DNA from: Macrostomum lignano
Lineage: Eukaryota
Assembly (NCBI GenBank): GCA_002269645.1
Contig: NIVC01000494.1
Location: forward strand, 506,128-570,127
Direction: 5' to 3'
Length of the DNA: 64,000 bases
Shown: one piece after another, positions 35,401 through 48,800 of the stretch
Layout: each line of letters begins with the position of its first letter
How positions within the stretch are numbered: position 1 is the stretch's first letter
Position numbers and translations under genes: made by a program
Notes under the pieces: model-generated
Seen by the model: the letters and a program-made list of their open reading frames with translations, nothing else
Database searches by the model: none
Told to the model about the DNA's origin: nothing

Positions 35401-38088
35401 CGTCTAATATTTAGAAACTTCAAGGGACTTTTAAGGCAACGAAGGTAAATGCTCTGCTCTTTTAACTAAAGATTTTGCGGCACTGAAGTTCATTGTTCAT
35501 GCTTCATGCTTCGGCTTTGCATACTGCTTGTGGAACAGCAGGTATAAGGCTTGGACAGTCCAGGCGTCAACCCTTAAATCTGCCTCTCCGCTCTCTCAAC
35601 CCTTAAATCTGCCTCCCCGCTCTCTCAACCCTTAAATCTGCCTCTCCGCTCTCTCAACCCTTAAATCTGCCTCCCCGCTCTCTCAACCCTTAAATCTGCC
35701 TCCCCGCTCTCTCAACCCTTAAATCTGCCTCTCCGCTCTCTCAAGCCTTAAATCTGCCTCTCCGCTCTCTCAACCCGGCTTAAATCTGCCTCTCCGCTCT
35801 CTCAACCCTTAAATCTGCCTCTCCGCTCCCTCAACCCTTAAATCTGCCTCTCCGCTCTCCCTCAACCCTTAAATCTGCCTCTCCGCTCTCTCAACCCTTA
35901 AATCTGCCTCTCCGCTCTCCCTCAACCCTTAAATCTGCCTCTCCGCTCTCTCAACCCTTAAATCTGCCTCTCCGCTCTCCCTCAACCCTTAAATCTGCCT
36001 CTCAGCTCTCTCAACCCTTAAATCTGCCTCTCCGCTCTCTCAACCCTTAAATCTGCCTCTCCGCTCTCCCTCAAACCTTTAATCTGCCTCTCCGCTCTCC
36101 CATAAGCCTGAATATCTAAATGTACTTTGAAAAGCGCTGAAAGACAAAAGAGATTCGTGAAGCTCTCGCTTTTATACTATTTTTATCAGTCGCCAGCTCA
36201 TTTTTCTAGCAAAAAATTGTTCAACATTCTGGCCTGCCACTTCAGCGCTGTGTGTGGCTTGAAAAATTTATTTTGTGAAAATTTTATCATAAAAAGTTGC
36301 CTTAGTTGCTGCTAGATTGCGTACCTATTTTTTTTAAAAGAGGCAAAATTAATTAGCTAGCTAATTAGCATATTTACACTGCAGCTGCTTACTCACGCAC
36401 AGCTAAAAAGCATAAATTAGTTTCAGTTGAAACCTGTATCAAAATACCTGTAACAAAGAGCACGAACATTTTGTTATTAAATTAACAGGCATGTCATCAA
36501 GATGTATTGAAGAATTTAAATTTAACATTCCCCATTTCCAGATTAATAGCGTACGACATTTGTTATACTTTCTACTCGTAGTAGCCAACTGTAGATAATA
36601 TAAAAACTGTTTCAGCTTATGCAGGTCTAGCTAGTGTCGCATTATTCTCTGTTATGTTGTCAGTTGGACTTTACCCCCCCCCCCGTATTTTATTCGGAAC
36701 CGAACTATGAGGAGCATATTTTTCGGTAAAATAATCTACGCGAAAACCTCTTTGTAGTTTAGCCAGCAGTTCTCTTCAAATTTCTAGTCCATCCAATAGC
36801 TAGGCTAAACTTCATTCAATCAGGTAAAGTAAGCCCTATAACTATTAATCACACAATTATTAGTCGTTACTAACGCCATAAACAGTTGGATAAAATATTG
36901 TCAGCTCAGATCTGAACTCCGAGCCGTCCTCGCACTTGCAGGGAAGTCGAATCCGGCGGCATTCTCGAGTCCGCGCCTTTGAAAATCGTCGGTCCCAGGG
37001 AGCAGAGGTGAGTTTTCTGGCTTCTGTGCATTTTAACAAGCTAATTACACTCTGTTAAATGCTACGCTAAAAGGTTCGTGGTTCGATTCTCGACCCACCC
37101 GGAACAATTTGTGTCCTTGAGCAAGACACTTAACTCTGCATTTTCTTCAGTTCGCTAAATAATTGATTACACCTGCCCTAATAGGCACGTGTGCAACCGA
37201 CAGCTCAGCCGCAGCTATTGCGCGGCGCATCTGAAGGCTGCGTACGGCTGTTCAGTCCAAGGACTGGGGGGTCGCCACACACACCCTCAATTACCCAGCT
37301 AATGCTGGCACCCATTTTACAGCTGGGTGAACTGAAGCAATGCAGAGTTAAGTGTCTTTATCAAGGACACAAATTGTTCCAGTGGGATCGGGAATCGAAC
37401 CCCGACCTTCAAGTAGTGAGTCCTACGCTCTACGAGTATAACCACTAGGCTGCAACCCCCAGCTGTAAAATGTATTCAGTTCACTCAGCTGTAAAATGGG
37501 TGCCAGCATTAGCTGGGGTAATTGAGGGTGTGCGTGGCGACCCCCCAGTCCTTGGACTGAACAGCCGTACGCAGCCTTCAGATGCGCCGCGCCATAGCTG
37601 CGGCTGAGCTGTCGGTTGCACATCTGCCTATTTGGGAATGAAATAATTTATATAGCTTCAATTGTATCGACAGGCCCTTAATACTCTGAATACCCTACTT
37701 TGACCTAATCAATTATTCAAAAAACTTTGCCAGGTTCGTCAGCGTCCTGTTCCGCTTCCTGATCTTCGAGCAGCAGACCAATCATCCCGGACACTTCGAG
37801 CAGGTCGTGCCGCTAGAGACTCACGGCCACACTCTGGTGGAGTTCATTCGTAAGCGAACGAAACTGGCTAGCAAAGATTTTGTACTGTTCTTTGACAATG
37901 CCAAGACCAACCAGTTGGACGAGTACAAGACACTGGAGGACCACGGCATCCACGGCGGTCCGGAGCACGCGCCCAAGCAGACTCTGGTCTTCTACGACTT
38001 TCGAGTTGACTTTGAAAGCTGCCCAGTGCTGATGTCCGACTATTATTTTGTGGAGAAGGCGCTTAAAGAAACCACCTTGATTGATTGA
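32440..38088 (+). CDS. EF-hand pair protein with Lys-rich N-terminus and unrecognised C-terminal domain, ~264-278 aa
   Basis: Exons 32440-32517, (32799-32810 microexon), 33510-33681, 33900-34023, (35415-35444 possible), 36942-37007, 37734-38088; phases 0,1,2,2 consistent. Canonical EF loops DRDGNGTLDYDE and DADGNGDIDYDE. Confidence 0.88.
34370..35165. repeat. G-rich ~58-60-bp minisatellite (gtgaggggtaggaaagtggggtttctggggggacagcatggtgtgaggaggctgctgct)
   Basis: About 13 tandem units in intron 3 of the EF-hand gene; source of the spurious Pro-rich minus-strand ORFs. Confidence 0.93.
35575..36105. repeat. 29-bp C/T-rich minisatellite (ctcaacccttaaatctgcctctccgctct)
   Basis: About 18 tandem units. 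Confidence 0.95.
37070..37650 (+). mobile_element. SINE family A copy split into 5' part (37070-37156) and 3' part (37460-37650) by an antisense copy
   Basis: B box ggttcgattc and gtgtccttgagcaagacacttaactctgcatt on the left; cagctgtaaaatggg...gcacatctg on the right. Confidence 0.8.
37157..37459 (-). mobile_element. SINE family A, full-length
   Basis: Same body as 6132-6432 with A/B-box head at 37380-37459. Confidence 0.9.
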
Positions 38089-38226
38089 GTCAGTGTAGAC
38101 TGCACTGGAATGTAAATATTTGCTCTGCTATCAAAAATGTACACACAGGAAGAATCTAACTAAATGCGATACAATTAGTGTTTGTCCTCGTATATTTGTA
38201 AATTTTTTGTCTCACTAGAATCGGTG

Positions 38227-41200
38227 CTGACAATTAGCCTCAAACTACACCTGAGACTGGCCTATCAGATTGGAAACTGATAATTAGCCTCAAATTACAC
38301 CTGCGACTGGCTCTATCAGATTGGAAACTGATAATTAGCCTCAAATTACACCTGAGACTGACTCTATTAGATTGGAAACTGATAATTAGCCTCAAATTAC
38401 ACCTGAGACTGGCTCTATCAGATTGGAAACTGATAATTAGCCTCAAACTACACCTGAGACTGGCTCTATCAGATTGGAAACTGATAATTAGCCTCAAATT
38501 ACACCTGAGCTGGCTCTATTAGATTGGAAACTGATAATTAGCCTCAAATTACACCTGAGACTGGCTCTATCAGATTGGAAACTGATAATTAGCCTCAAAC
38601 TACACCTGAGACTGGCTCTATCAGATTGGAAACTGATAATTAGCCTCAAATTACACCTGCGACTGGCTCTATCAGATTGGAAACTGATAATTAGCCTCAA
38701 ATTACACCTGAGACTGACTCTATCAGATTGGAAACTGATAATTAGCCTCAAATTACACCTGAGACTGGCTCTATCAGATTGGAAACTGACAATTAGCCTC
38801 AAGTAAACACCTAAGACTGGCTCTATCAGATTGGAAACTGATAATTAGCCTCAAATTACACCTGAGACTGGCTCTATCAGATTGGAAACTGATAATTAGC
38901 CTCAAGTAAACACCTAAGACTGGCTCTATCAGATTGGAAACTGATAATTAGCCTCAAGTAAACACCTAAGACTGGCTCTATCAGATTGGAAACTGATAAT
39001 TAGCCTCAAGTTAACACCTGAGACTGGCTCTATCAGATTGGAAACTGATAATTAGCCTCAAACTAAACCTGAGACTGACTCTATCAGATTGGAAACTGAT
39101 AATTAGCCTCAAACTACACCTGAGCTGGCTCTATCAGATTGGAAACTGATAATTAGCCTCAAGTTAACACCTGAGACTGGCTCTATCAGATTGGAAACTG
39201 ATAATTAGCCTCAAGTTAACACCTGAGACTGGCTCAATCAGATTGGAAACTGATAATTAGCCTCAAGTTAACACCTGAGACTGGCTCTATCAGATTGGAA
39301 ACTGATAATTAGCCTCAAACTAAACCTGAGACTGACTCTATCAGATTGGAAACTGATAATTAGCCTCAAACTAAACCTGAGACTGACTCTATCAGATTGG
39401 AAACTGATAATTAGCCTCAAACTAAACCTGAGACTGACTCTATCAGATTGGAAACTGATAATTAGCCTCAAACTACACCTGAGCTGGCTCTATCAGATGG
39501 GAAACTGATAATTACCATCAATTTAACACCTGAGACTGGCTCTATCAGATGGGAAACTGATAATTACCATCAATTTAACACCTGAGACTGGCTCTATCAG
39601 ATGGGAAACTGATAATTACCATCAATTTAACACCTGAGACTGGCTCTATCAGATGGGAAACTGATAATTACCATCAATTTAACACCTGAGACTGGCTCTA
39701 TCAGATGGGAAACTGATAATTACCATCAATTTAACACCTGAGACTGGCTCTATCAGATTGGAAACTGATAATTACCATCAATTTAACACCTGAGACTGGC
39801 TCTATCAGATTGGAAACTGATAATTACCATCAATTTAACACCTGAGACTGGCTCTATCAGATGGGAAACTGATAATTACCATCAATTTAACACCTGAGAC
39901 TGGCTCTATCAGATGGGAAACTGATAATTACCATCAATTTAACACCTGAGACTGGCTCTATCAGATGGGAAACTGATAATTACCATCAATTTAACACCTG
40001 AGACTGGCTCTATCAGATGGGAAACTGATAATTACCATCAATTTAACACCTGAGACTGGCTCTATCAGATTGGAAACTGATAATTACCATCAATTTAACA
40101 CCTGAGACTGGCTCTATCAGATTGGAAACTGATAATTACCATCAATTTAACACCTGAGACTGGCTCTATCAGATGGGAAACTGATAATTACCATCAATTT
40201 AACACCTGAGACTGGCTCTATCAGATGGGAAACTGATAATTACCATCAATTTAACACCTGAGACTGGCTCTATCAGATGGGAAACTGATAATTACCATCA
40301 ATTTAACACCTGAGACTGGCTCTATCAGATGGGAAACTGATAATTACCATCAATTTAACACCTGAGACTGGCTCTATCAGATGGGAAACTGATAATTACC
40401 ATCAATTTAACACCTGAGACTGGCTCTATCAGATTGGAAACTGATAATTAGCCTCAAACTACACCTGAGCTGGCTCTATCAGATGGGAAACTGATAATTA
40501 CCATCAATTTAACACCTGAGACTGGCTCTATCAGATTGGAAACTGATAATTACCATCAATTTAACACCTGAGACTGGCTCTATCAGATTGGAAACTGATA
40601 ATTACCATCAATTTAACACCTGAGACTGGCTCTATCAGATTGGAAACTGATAATTACCATCAATTTAACACCTGAGACTGGCTCTATCAGATTGGAAACT
40701 GATAATTACCATCAATTTAACACCTGAGACTGGCTCTATCAGATGGGAAACTGATAATTACCATCAATTTAACACCTGAGACTGGCTCTATCAGATGGGA
40801 AACTGATAATTACCATCAATTTAACACCTGAGACTGGCTCCATCAGATGGGAAACTGATAATTACCATCAATTTAACACCTGAGACTGGCTCTATCAGAT
40901 GGGAAACTGATAATTACCATCAATTTAACACCTGAGACTGGCTCTATCAGATTGGAAACTGATAATTACCATCAATTTAACACCTGAGACTGGCTCTATC
41001 AGATGGGAAACTGATAATTACCATCAATTTAACACCTGAGACTGGCTCTATCAGATGGGAAACTGATAATTACCATCAATTTAACACCTGAGACTGGCTC
41101 TATCAGATGGGAAACTGATAATTACCATCAATTTAACACCTGAGACTGGCTCTATCAGATGGGAAACTGATAATTACCATCAATTTAACACCTGAGACTG

Positions 41201-44200
41201 GCTCTATCAGATGGGAAACTGATAATTACCATCAATTTAACACCTGAGACTGGCTCTATCAGATTGGAAACTGATAATTACCATCAATTTAACACCTGAG
41301 ACTGGCTCTATCAGATTGGAAACTGATAATTACCATCAATTTAACACCTGAGACTGGCTCTATCAGATGGGAAACTGATAATTACCATCAATTTAACACC
41401 TGAGACTGGCTCTATCAGATGGGAAACTGATAATTACCATCAATTTAACACCTGAGACTGGCTCTATCAGATGGGAAACTGATAATTACCATCAATTTAA
41501 CACCTGAGACTGGCTCTATCAGATTGGAAACTGATAATTAGCCTCAAGGTAACTCCTGAGACTGGCTCTATCAGATGGGAAACTGATAATTACCATCAAT
41601 TTAACACCTGAGACTGGCTCTATCAGATTGGAAACTGATAATTACCATCAATTTAACACCTGAGACTGGCTCTATCAGATGGGAAACTGATAATTACCAT
41701 CAATTTAACACCTGAGACTGGCTCTATCAGATGGGAAACTGATAATTACCATCAATTTAACACCTGAGACTGGCTCTATCAGATTGGAAACTGATAATTA
41801 CCATCAATTTAACACCTGAGACTGGCTCTATCAGATTGGAAACTGATAATTACCATCAATTTAACACCTGAGACTGGCTCTATCAGATTGGAAACTGATA
41901 ATTACCATCAATTTAACACCTGAGACTGGCTCTATCAGATTGGAAACTGATAATTACCATCAATTTAACACCTGAGACTGGCTCTATCAGATGGGAAACT
42001 GATAATTACCATCAATTTAACACCTGAGACTGGCTCTATCAGATTGGAAACTGATAATTACCATCAATTTAACACCTGAGACTGGCTCTATCAGATGGGA
42101 AACTGATAATTACCATCAATTTAACACCTGAGACTGGCTCTATCAGATTGGAAACTGATAATTACCATCAATTTAACACCTGAGACTGGCTCTATCAGAT
42201 GGGAAACTGATAATTACCATCAATTTAACACCTGAGACTGGCTCTATCAGATGGGAAACTGATAATTACCATCAATTTAACACCTGAGACTGGCTCCATC
42301 AGATGGGAAACTGATAATTACCATCAATTTAACACCTGAGACTGGCTCTATCAGATTGGAAACTGATAATTACCATCAATTTAACACCTGAGACTGGCTC
42401 TATCAGATTGGAAACTGATAATTACCATCAATTTAACACCTGAGACTGGCTCTATCAGATGGGAAACTGATAATTACCATCAATTTAACACCTGAGACTG
42501 GCTCTATCAGATGGGAAACTGATAATTACCATCAATTTAACACCTGAGACTGGCTCTATCAGATGGGAAACTGATAATTACCATCAATTTAACACCTGAG
42601 ACTGGCTCCATCAGATGGGAAACTGATAATTACCATCAATTTAACACCTGAGACTGGCTCTATCAGATTGGAAACTGATAATTACCATCAATTTAACACC
42701 TGAGACTGGCTCTATCAGATTGGAAACTGATAATTACCATCAATTTAACACCTGAGACTGGCTCTATCAGATGGGAAACTGATAATTACCATCAATTTAA
42801 CACCTGAGACTGGCTCTATCAGATGGGAAACTGATAATTACCATCAATTTAACACCTGAGACTGGCTCTATCAGATGGGAAACTGATAATTACCATCAAT
42901 TTAACACCTGAGACTGGCTCTATCAGATTGGAAACTGATAATTACCATCAATTTAACACCTGAGACTGGCTCTATCAGATTGGAAACTGATAATTACCAT
43001 CAATTTAACACCTGAGACTGGCTCTATCAGATGGGAAACTGATAATTACCATCAATTTAACACCTGAGACTGGCTCTATCAGATTGGAAACTGATAATTA
43101 CCATCAATTTAACACCTGAGACTGGCTCTATCAGATGGGAAACTGATAATTACCATCAATTTAACACCTGAGACTGGCTCTATCAGATTGGAAACTGATA
43201 ATTACCATCAATTTAACACCTGAGACTGGCTCTATCAGATGGGAAACTGATAATTACCATCAATTTAACACCTGAGACTGGCTCTATCAGATGGGAAACT
43301 GATAATTACCATCAATTTAACACCTGAGACTGGCTCTATCAGATGGGAAACTGATAATTACCATCAATTTAACACCTGAGACTGGCTCTATCAGATTGGA
43401 AACTGATAATTACCATCAATTTAACACCTGAGACTGGCTCTATCAGATTGGAAACTGATAATTACCATCAATTTAACACCTGAGACTGGCTCTATCAGAT
43501 GGGAAACTGATAATTACCATCAATTTAACACCTGAGACTGGCTCTATCAGATGGGAAACTGATAATTACCATCAATTTAACACCTGAGACTGGCTCTATC
43601 AGATGGGAAACTGATAATTACCATCAATTTAACACCTGAGACTGGCTCCATCAGATGGGAAACTGATAATTACCATCAATTTAACACCTGAGACTGGCTC
43701 TATCAGATTGGAAACTGATAATTACCATCAATTTAACACCTGAGACTGGCTCTATCAGATTGGAAACTGATAATTACCATCAATTTAACACCTGAGACTG
43801 GCTCTATCAGATGGGAAACTGATAATTACCATCAATTTAACACCTGAGACTGGCTCTATCAGATGGGAAACTGATAATTACCATCAATTTAACACCTGAG
43901 ACTGGCTCTATCAGATTGGAAACTGATAATTACCATCAATTTAACACCTGAGACTGGCTCTATCAGATGGGAAACTGATAATTACCATCAATTTAACACC
44001 TGAGACTGGCTCTATCAGATTGGAAACTGATAATTACCATCAATTTAACACCTGAGACTGGCTCTATCAGATGGGAAACTGATAATTACCATCAATTTAA
44101 CACCTGAGACTGGCTCTATCAGATGGGAAACTGATAATTACCATCAATTTAACACCTGAGACTGGCTCTATCAGATGGGAAACTGATAATTACCATCAAT

Positions 44201-45330
44201 TTAACACCTGAGACTGGCTCTATCAGATGGGAAACTGATAATTACCATCAATTTAACACCTGAGACTGGCTCTATCAGATGGGAAACTGATAATTACCAT
44301 CAATTTAACACCTGAGACTGGCTCTATCAGATGGGAAACTGATAATTACCATCAATTTAACACCTGAGACTGGCTCTATCAGATTGGAAACTGATAATTA
44401 CCATCAATTTAACACCTGAGACTGGCTCTATCAGATGGGAAACTGATAATTACCATCAATTTAACACCTGAGACTGGCTCTATCAGATGGGAAACTGATA
44501 ATTACCATCAATTTAACACCTGAGACTGGCTCTATCAGATGGGAAACTGATAATTACCATCAATTTAACACCTGAGACTGGCTCTATCAGATGGGAAACT
44601 GATAATTACCATCAATTTAACACCTGAGACTGGCTCTATCAGATTGGAAACTGATAATTAGCCTCAAGGTAACTCCTGAGACTGGCTCTATCAGATTGGA
44701 AACTGATAATTAGCCTCAAGGTAACTCCTGAGACTTGCTCTATCAGAATCGAAACTGATAATTAGCCTCAAGGTAACTCCTGAGACTTGCTCTATCAGAA
44801 TCGAAACTGATAATTAGCCTCAAGTTAATTCCTGAGACTTGCTCTATCAGAATCGAAACTGATAATTAGCCTCAAGTAAACAGCTGAGACTGGCTCTATC
44901 AGATGGGAAACTGATAATTACCATCAATTTAACACCTGAGACTGGCTCTATCAGATTGGAAACTGATAATTAGCCTCAAGGTAACTCCTGAGACTGGCTC
45001 TATCAGATTGGAAACTGATAATTAGCCTCAAGGTAACTCCTGAGACTTGCTCTATCAGAATCGAAACTGATAATTAGCCTCAAGGTAACTCCTGAGACTT
45101 GCTCTATCAGAATCGAAACTGATAATTAGCCTCAAGTTAATTCCTGAGACTTGCTCTATCAGAATCGAAACTGATAATTAGCCTCAAGTTAATTCCTGAG
45201 AATGACTCTATCAGATTGGAAACTGATAATTAGCCTCAAGTAACTCCTGAGACTGGCTCTATCAGATTGGAAACTGATAATTAGCCTCAAGTTAACACCT
45301 GAGATTGGCTCCATCAGATTGGAAACTGAT
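38227..45330. repeat. 7.1-kb satellite of 51/52-bp units (cctgagactggctctatcagat[t/g]ggaaactgataattaccatcaatttaaca), ~135-140 units
   Basis: 51-bp variant at the left edge, homogeneous 52-bp variant in the centre (~39500-44640), diverged variants at the right edge; each unit has a TATCAG-N8-CTGATA inverted repeat. No unique spacers. Confidence 0.97.
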
Positions 45331-45877
45331 ACTTAGGCACAAACTAATTATGTTCTCAATAAGAAAATGCCCCACAAAGATTGTTGTTAAAAAGCATTGT
45401 AAAAAATACAAAGGCCATTTTCAATACAGATTTTGTCGATGCCTTGGGTTGAAAAGAAGTTATAATCTGGCGCAAATCTTAACCCTTAGAAAAAATTATT
45501 AATCATAATTTATTTTATTTTTTTCACGACAAAAATATCCACTCTTGTCTATGAATTCTTTATCTTTTTACCTTTCACAATCGATAAAGTGTATCAGTTA
45601 TTGAGTAATTACCGCGGCGTATAAAGTTTTAGCGGAGGGTGGATTTCAGCAACCTTAACCGGGACCTGGCAACCAAGTTAGACATTGATTATCTAAGCTA
45701 CTATGAGTAAGTAGTGCATTAGGATTGAGAAATATGTTAACTACTGTTAGCAGGTTTCTGTAGTTCCATTTTTAGTAAACTGTTTCTCCATTATACGGTA
45801 ACTTGTGCAGCATTCGGTCAGTGACTCAGTACCACGTTGAGTAGTTTGAGCAATGAGCTCATTCGGAGTCAGATGAC

Positions 45878-48800
45878 TCATCCAGTCACGTAGCGACTTT
45901 TCTTCTGACAGCTGCAGGACACGTTCACGTCGAGCTGAGGAAGGAAATCATTTTTGTTTGAATGTACTATTGTCTTCTTTGTAAAAATAGGTATGCTGGA
46001 GTCCTTAATTTCATTTTCCATAAAAATTAAATATATTTAATTTTTAATTTTTAATGTTGAAACCATTAACTAACACAACTGTATTTACTGAAATGCAGCT
46101 AAACTACGCTCGCAAATATACAGGTAAGCTCTCTTTAAGGACATTTCCTTTCTACCTGTCCTCTGTTTAATTAAATTATCCTAAGAAATCAAATAGAAAT
46201 GCCTGACTTTACTGAAAAATCATGGAATTGTTTTAGAAGCACGATAATTACACCTGTAATTACCGTTATCCGAGTTCACCAGCTGAGTAATAAAAATGGT
46301 ACATAAATAATGGCTTCACCTGAGAGGCGAGCCTTATCAGATCGATATCAAATCATGACCAATCATAAACTCACAATTCCCACCCAATACCCAATTTATT
46401 GATATCATCGAAATTCAGCAAGCCACCTGTTAATTAGCTTACTATAAATAGAAAAGTGTCTATCGCTTGGATATAATAATAATTGATTTCACCTGCCCTA
46501 ATGGCCAGATGTGCAACCGACAGCTCAGCCGCAGCTATTGCGCGGCGCATCTGAAGGCTGCGTCCCCGAAGGACTGGGGGGTCGTCACACACACCCTCAA
46601 TTACCCCAGCTAATGCTGGCACCCATTTTACAGCTGGGTGAACTGAAGCAATGCAGAGTTAAGTGTCTTTCCCAGGGACACAAATTGGTCCGAGTGGGTC
46701 GAAAATCGAACCCCCGACATTTCAGTAGTGAGTCCGACGCTATACCCACTAGGCTACAACCTCTTCCAACTGGATAATTAGTCGAAAACTAAAAGTATGC
46801 ATTAGACTTGCATTATCAGACCGGTTTGCCACTCGCATGTGGCCTCATTATATTACCACCTATCAATTAACTACTTTAAAAGTACACACCTAAGGGCTAT
46901 ATAATGTGTGCGAAATAGATCGAGCGCAACTCACCGCCCGGATCACCATCGACTTGTCGGGGCAGCGGTACCGAGCCGTCATTGTCCGGGTGTGCAGCGG
47001 CACGCAGCAGGTGTCGGTGCTGTTACCGCAGCCGCCGTCGCACCTGTGCATTGGCAGCAGGTCCTGAGACTCGCAGCCGTCCGGGAATTTGTACCGCTGG
47101 AAATTGTACACTAGCGAGCAGTGGGTTGGCACCTTCGGCGGCACCTGGCCGCAGGCGCCCCGATGGTAGACCAGGTAGGTTGAGTTCTTCTCGCAAGCGC
47201 TGCGCTCCAGCTCGCACAGGTTCTTGTACGTGTCGGTTTTGTTGCCAACGACGCCGCAGACGGCCGAATCGCCGCGCCCGTCACAGTCAGGACAGCGGCA
47301 GACTGCGGTGCCGTTCACCTCCACGCAGATGTGGCTGTTCGGGCAGATCTTGCTGCGGCACGGCCCGTCAGGACACGGGCCCGAGTAGCAGTCTGCGTAA
47401 GCCGTGAGCTCGTACGGGCAGTTGCCGTTGAACTGAGCCTCGCGCAGCATTGTCCGGGTGCGCACCTGGAAACCGAGGCCGCAGGTGCGGGAACAGCCGC
47501 CCCATTGGCTCCATTCGCTGACCTTGCAGGCTGGGAGAGTGTGTGGGTGAAACTGAGTTAGTTATTGTTCATTTATCGTCTATTTACAAATTGGTAGCAG
47601 CTTTTCTCGATATAGTATCTCTAAATATCCGTGTTGCTAGGGTGGTTTTTACGCCACAGGGGTAATTTGTGCGTAGCTAATGGTGAAATTTCTGGTTGCT
47701 AGGGTAATCAATGCGTTGCTAGGGCGGTTTCTACGCTAATGGGGTAATTTGTGCGTAGCTAATGGTGAAATTTCTGGTTGCTGGGGTAATCAATGCGTTG
47801 CTAGGGCGGTTTCTACGCTAATGGGGTAATTTGTGCGTAGCTAATGGTGAAATTTCTGGTTGCTAGGGTAATTAATGCGTTGCTAAGGTAACTAACGCGT
47901 TCCTGGGTGGTAAGTGTGCCTTTAGATTAAATAGATTAAATTTGCTGCTATGACAAATATATGATAGATTTGCCAGGAAAATTAGTGTTTCTAGTGTAAT
48001 AACTATACGCTTCTGAATAAAAATCTTTGTTGCTACGGGAATAACTGCAAGCAGTGCTGTTTATTGTTAACTAATGATTTCACTCACTAATTGGCTGTCG
48101 GCACACGGTCATATTGGATAGAGACACGCTGTCCTTCCAGTAGCACTTGTACTTGATGTAGTCGCACCTGTTGTTGAACTGCACCAGATCCATGGTGCAC
48201 ACCGGACCGGAGTTTCTGTCGGCGTCTGTGCACGGCCGGCACTTGCAGATTGGCTTGTTCAGGTCCGGATCCGTCACGCAGATGTGCGACTCTGGGCACT
48301 CAATCTTGTTGCACTTGTCTGAGGGTAAATTAATGGCAAACTATTGCTTAGTAAGTTGACATCACCCGTAAGTAGGTGTCCCCAGCCTTGCCTCCAACTG
48401 TTCTGAAACTTACCTGTTAATAACCTCAATTGTCTTCAACTTACCTGTAATCAACCTCACCTGTACTCACCCTCACCTGTACTTAACCTCACCTGTAATC
48501 AACCTCACCTGTACTTAACCTCACCTGTACTTAACCTCACCAGTATTCAACCCTCACCTGTAATCAACCTCACCTGTACTTAACCTCACCTGTACTTAAC
48601 CTCACCTGTACTTAACCTCACCTGTATTCAACCTCACCTGTACTCAATCTCACCTGTACTCAACCTCACCTGTACTTAACCTCACCAGTATTCAACCCTC
48701 ACCTGTACTTTACCTCACCTGTACTCAACTTCACCTGTACTCAATCTCACCTGTACTTAATCTTACCTGCTCTAAAACTGAACATATCCTCAATATTACG

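Noticed and set aside
38227-45330. CRISPR-like array (hairpin-containing repeats)
   Set aside because: Units are contiguous with no unique spacers, there are no cas genes, and the context is eukaryotic. It is a satellite.
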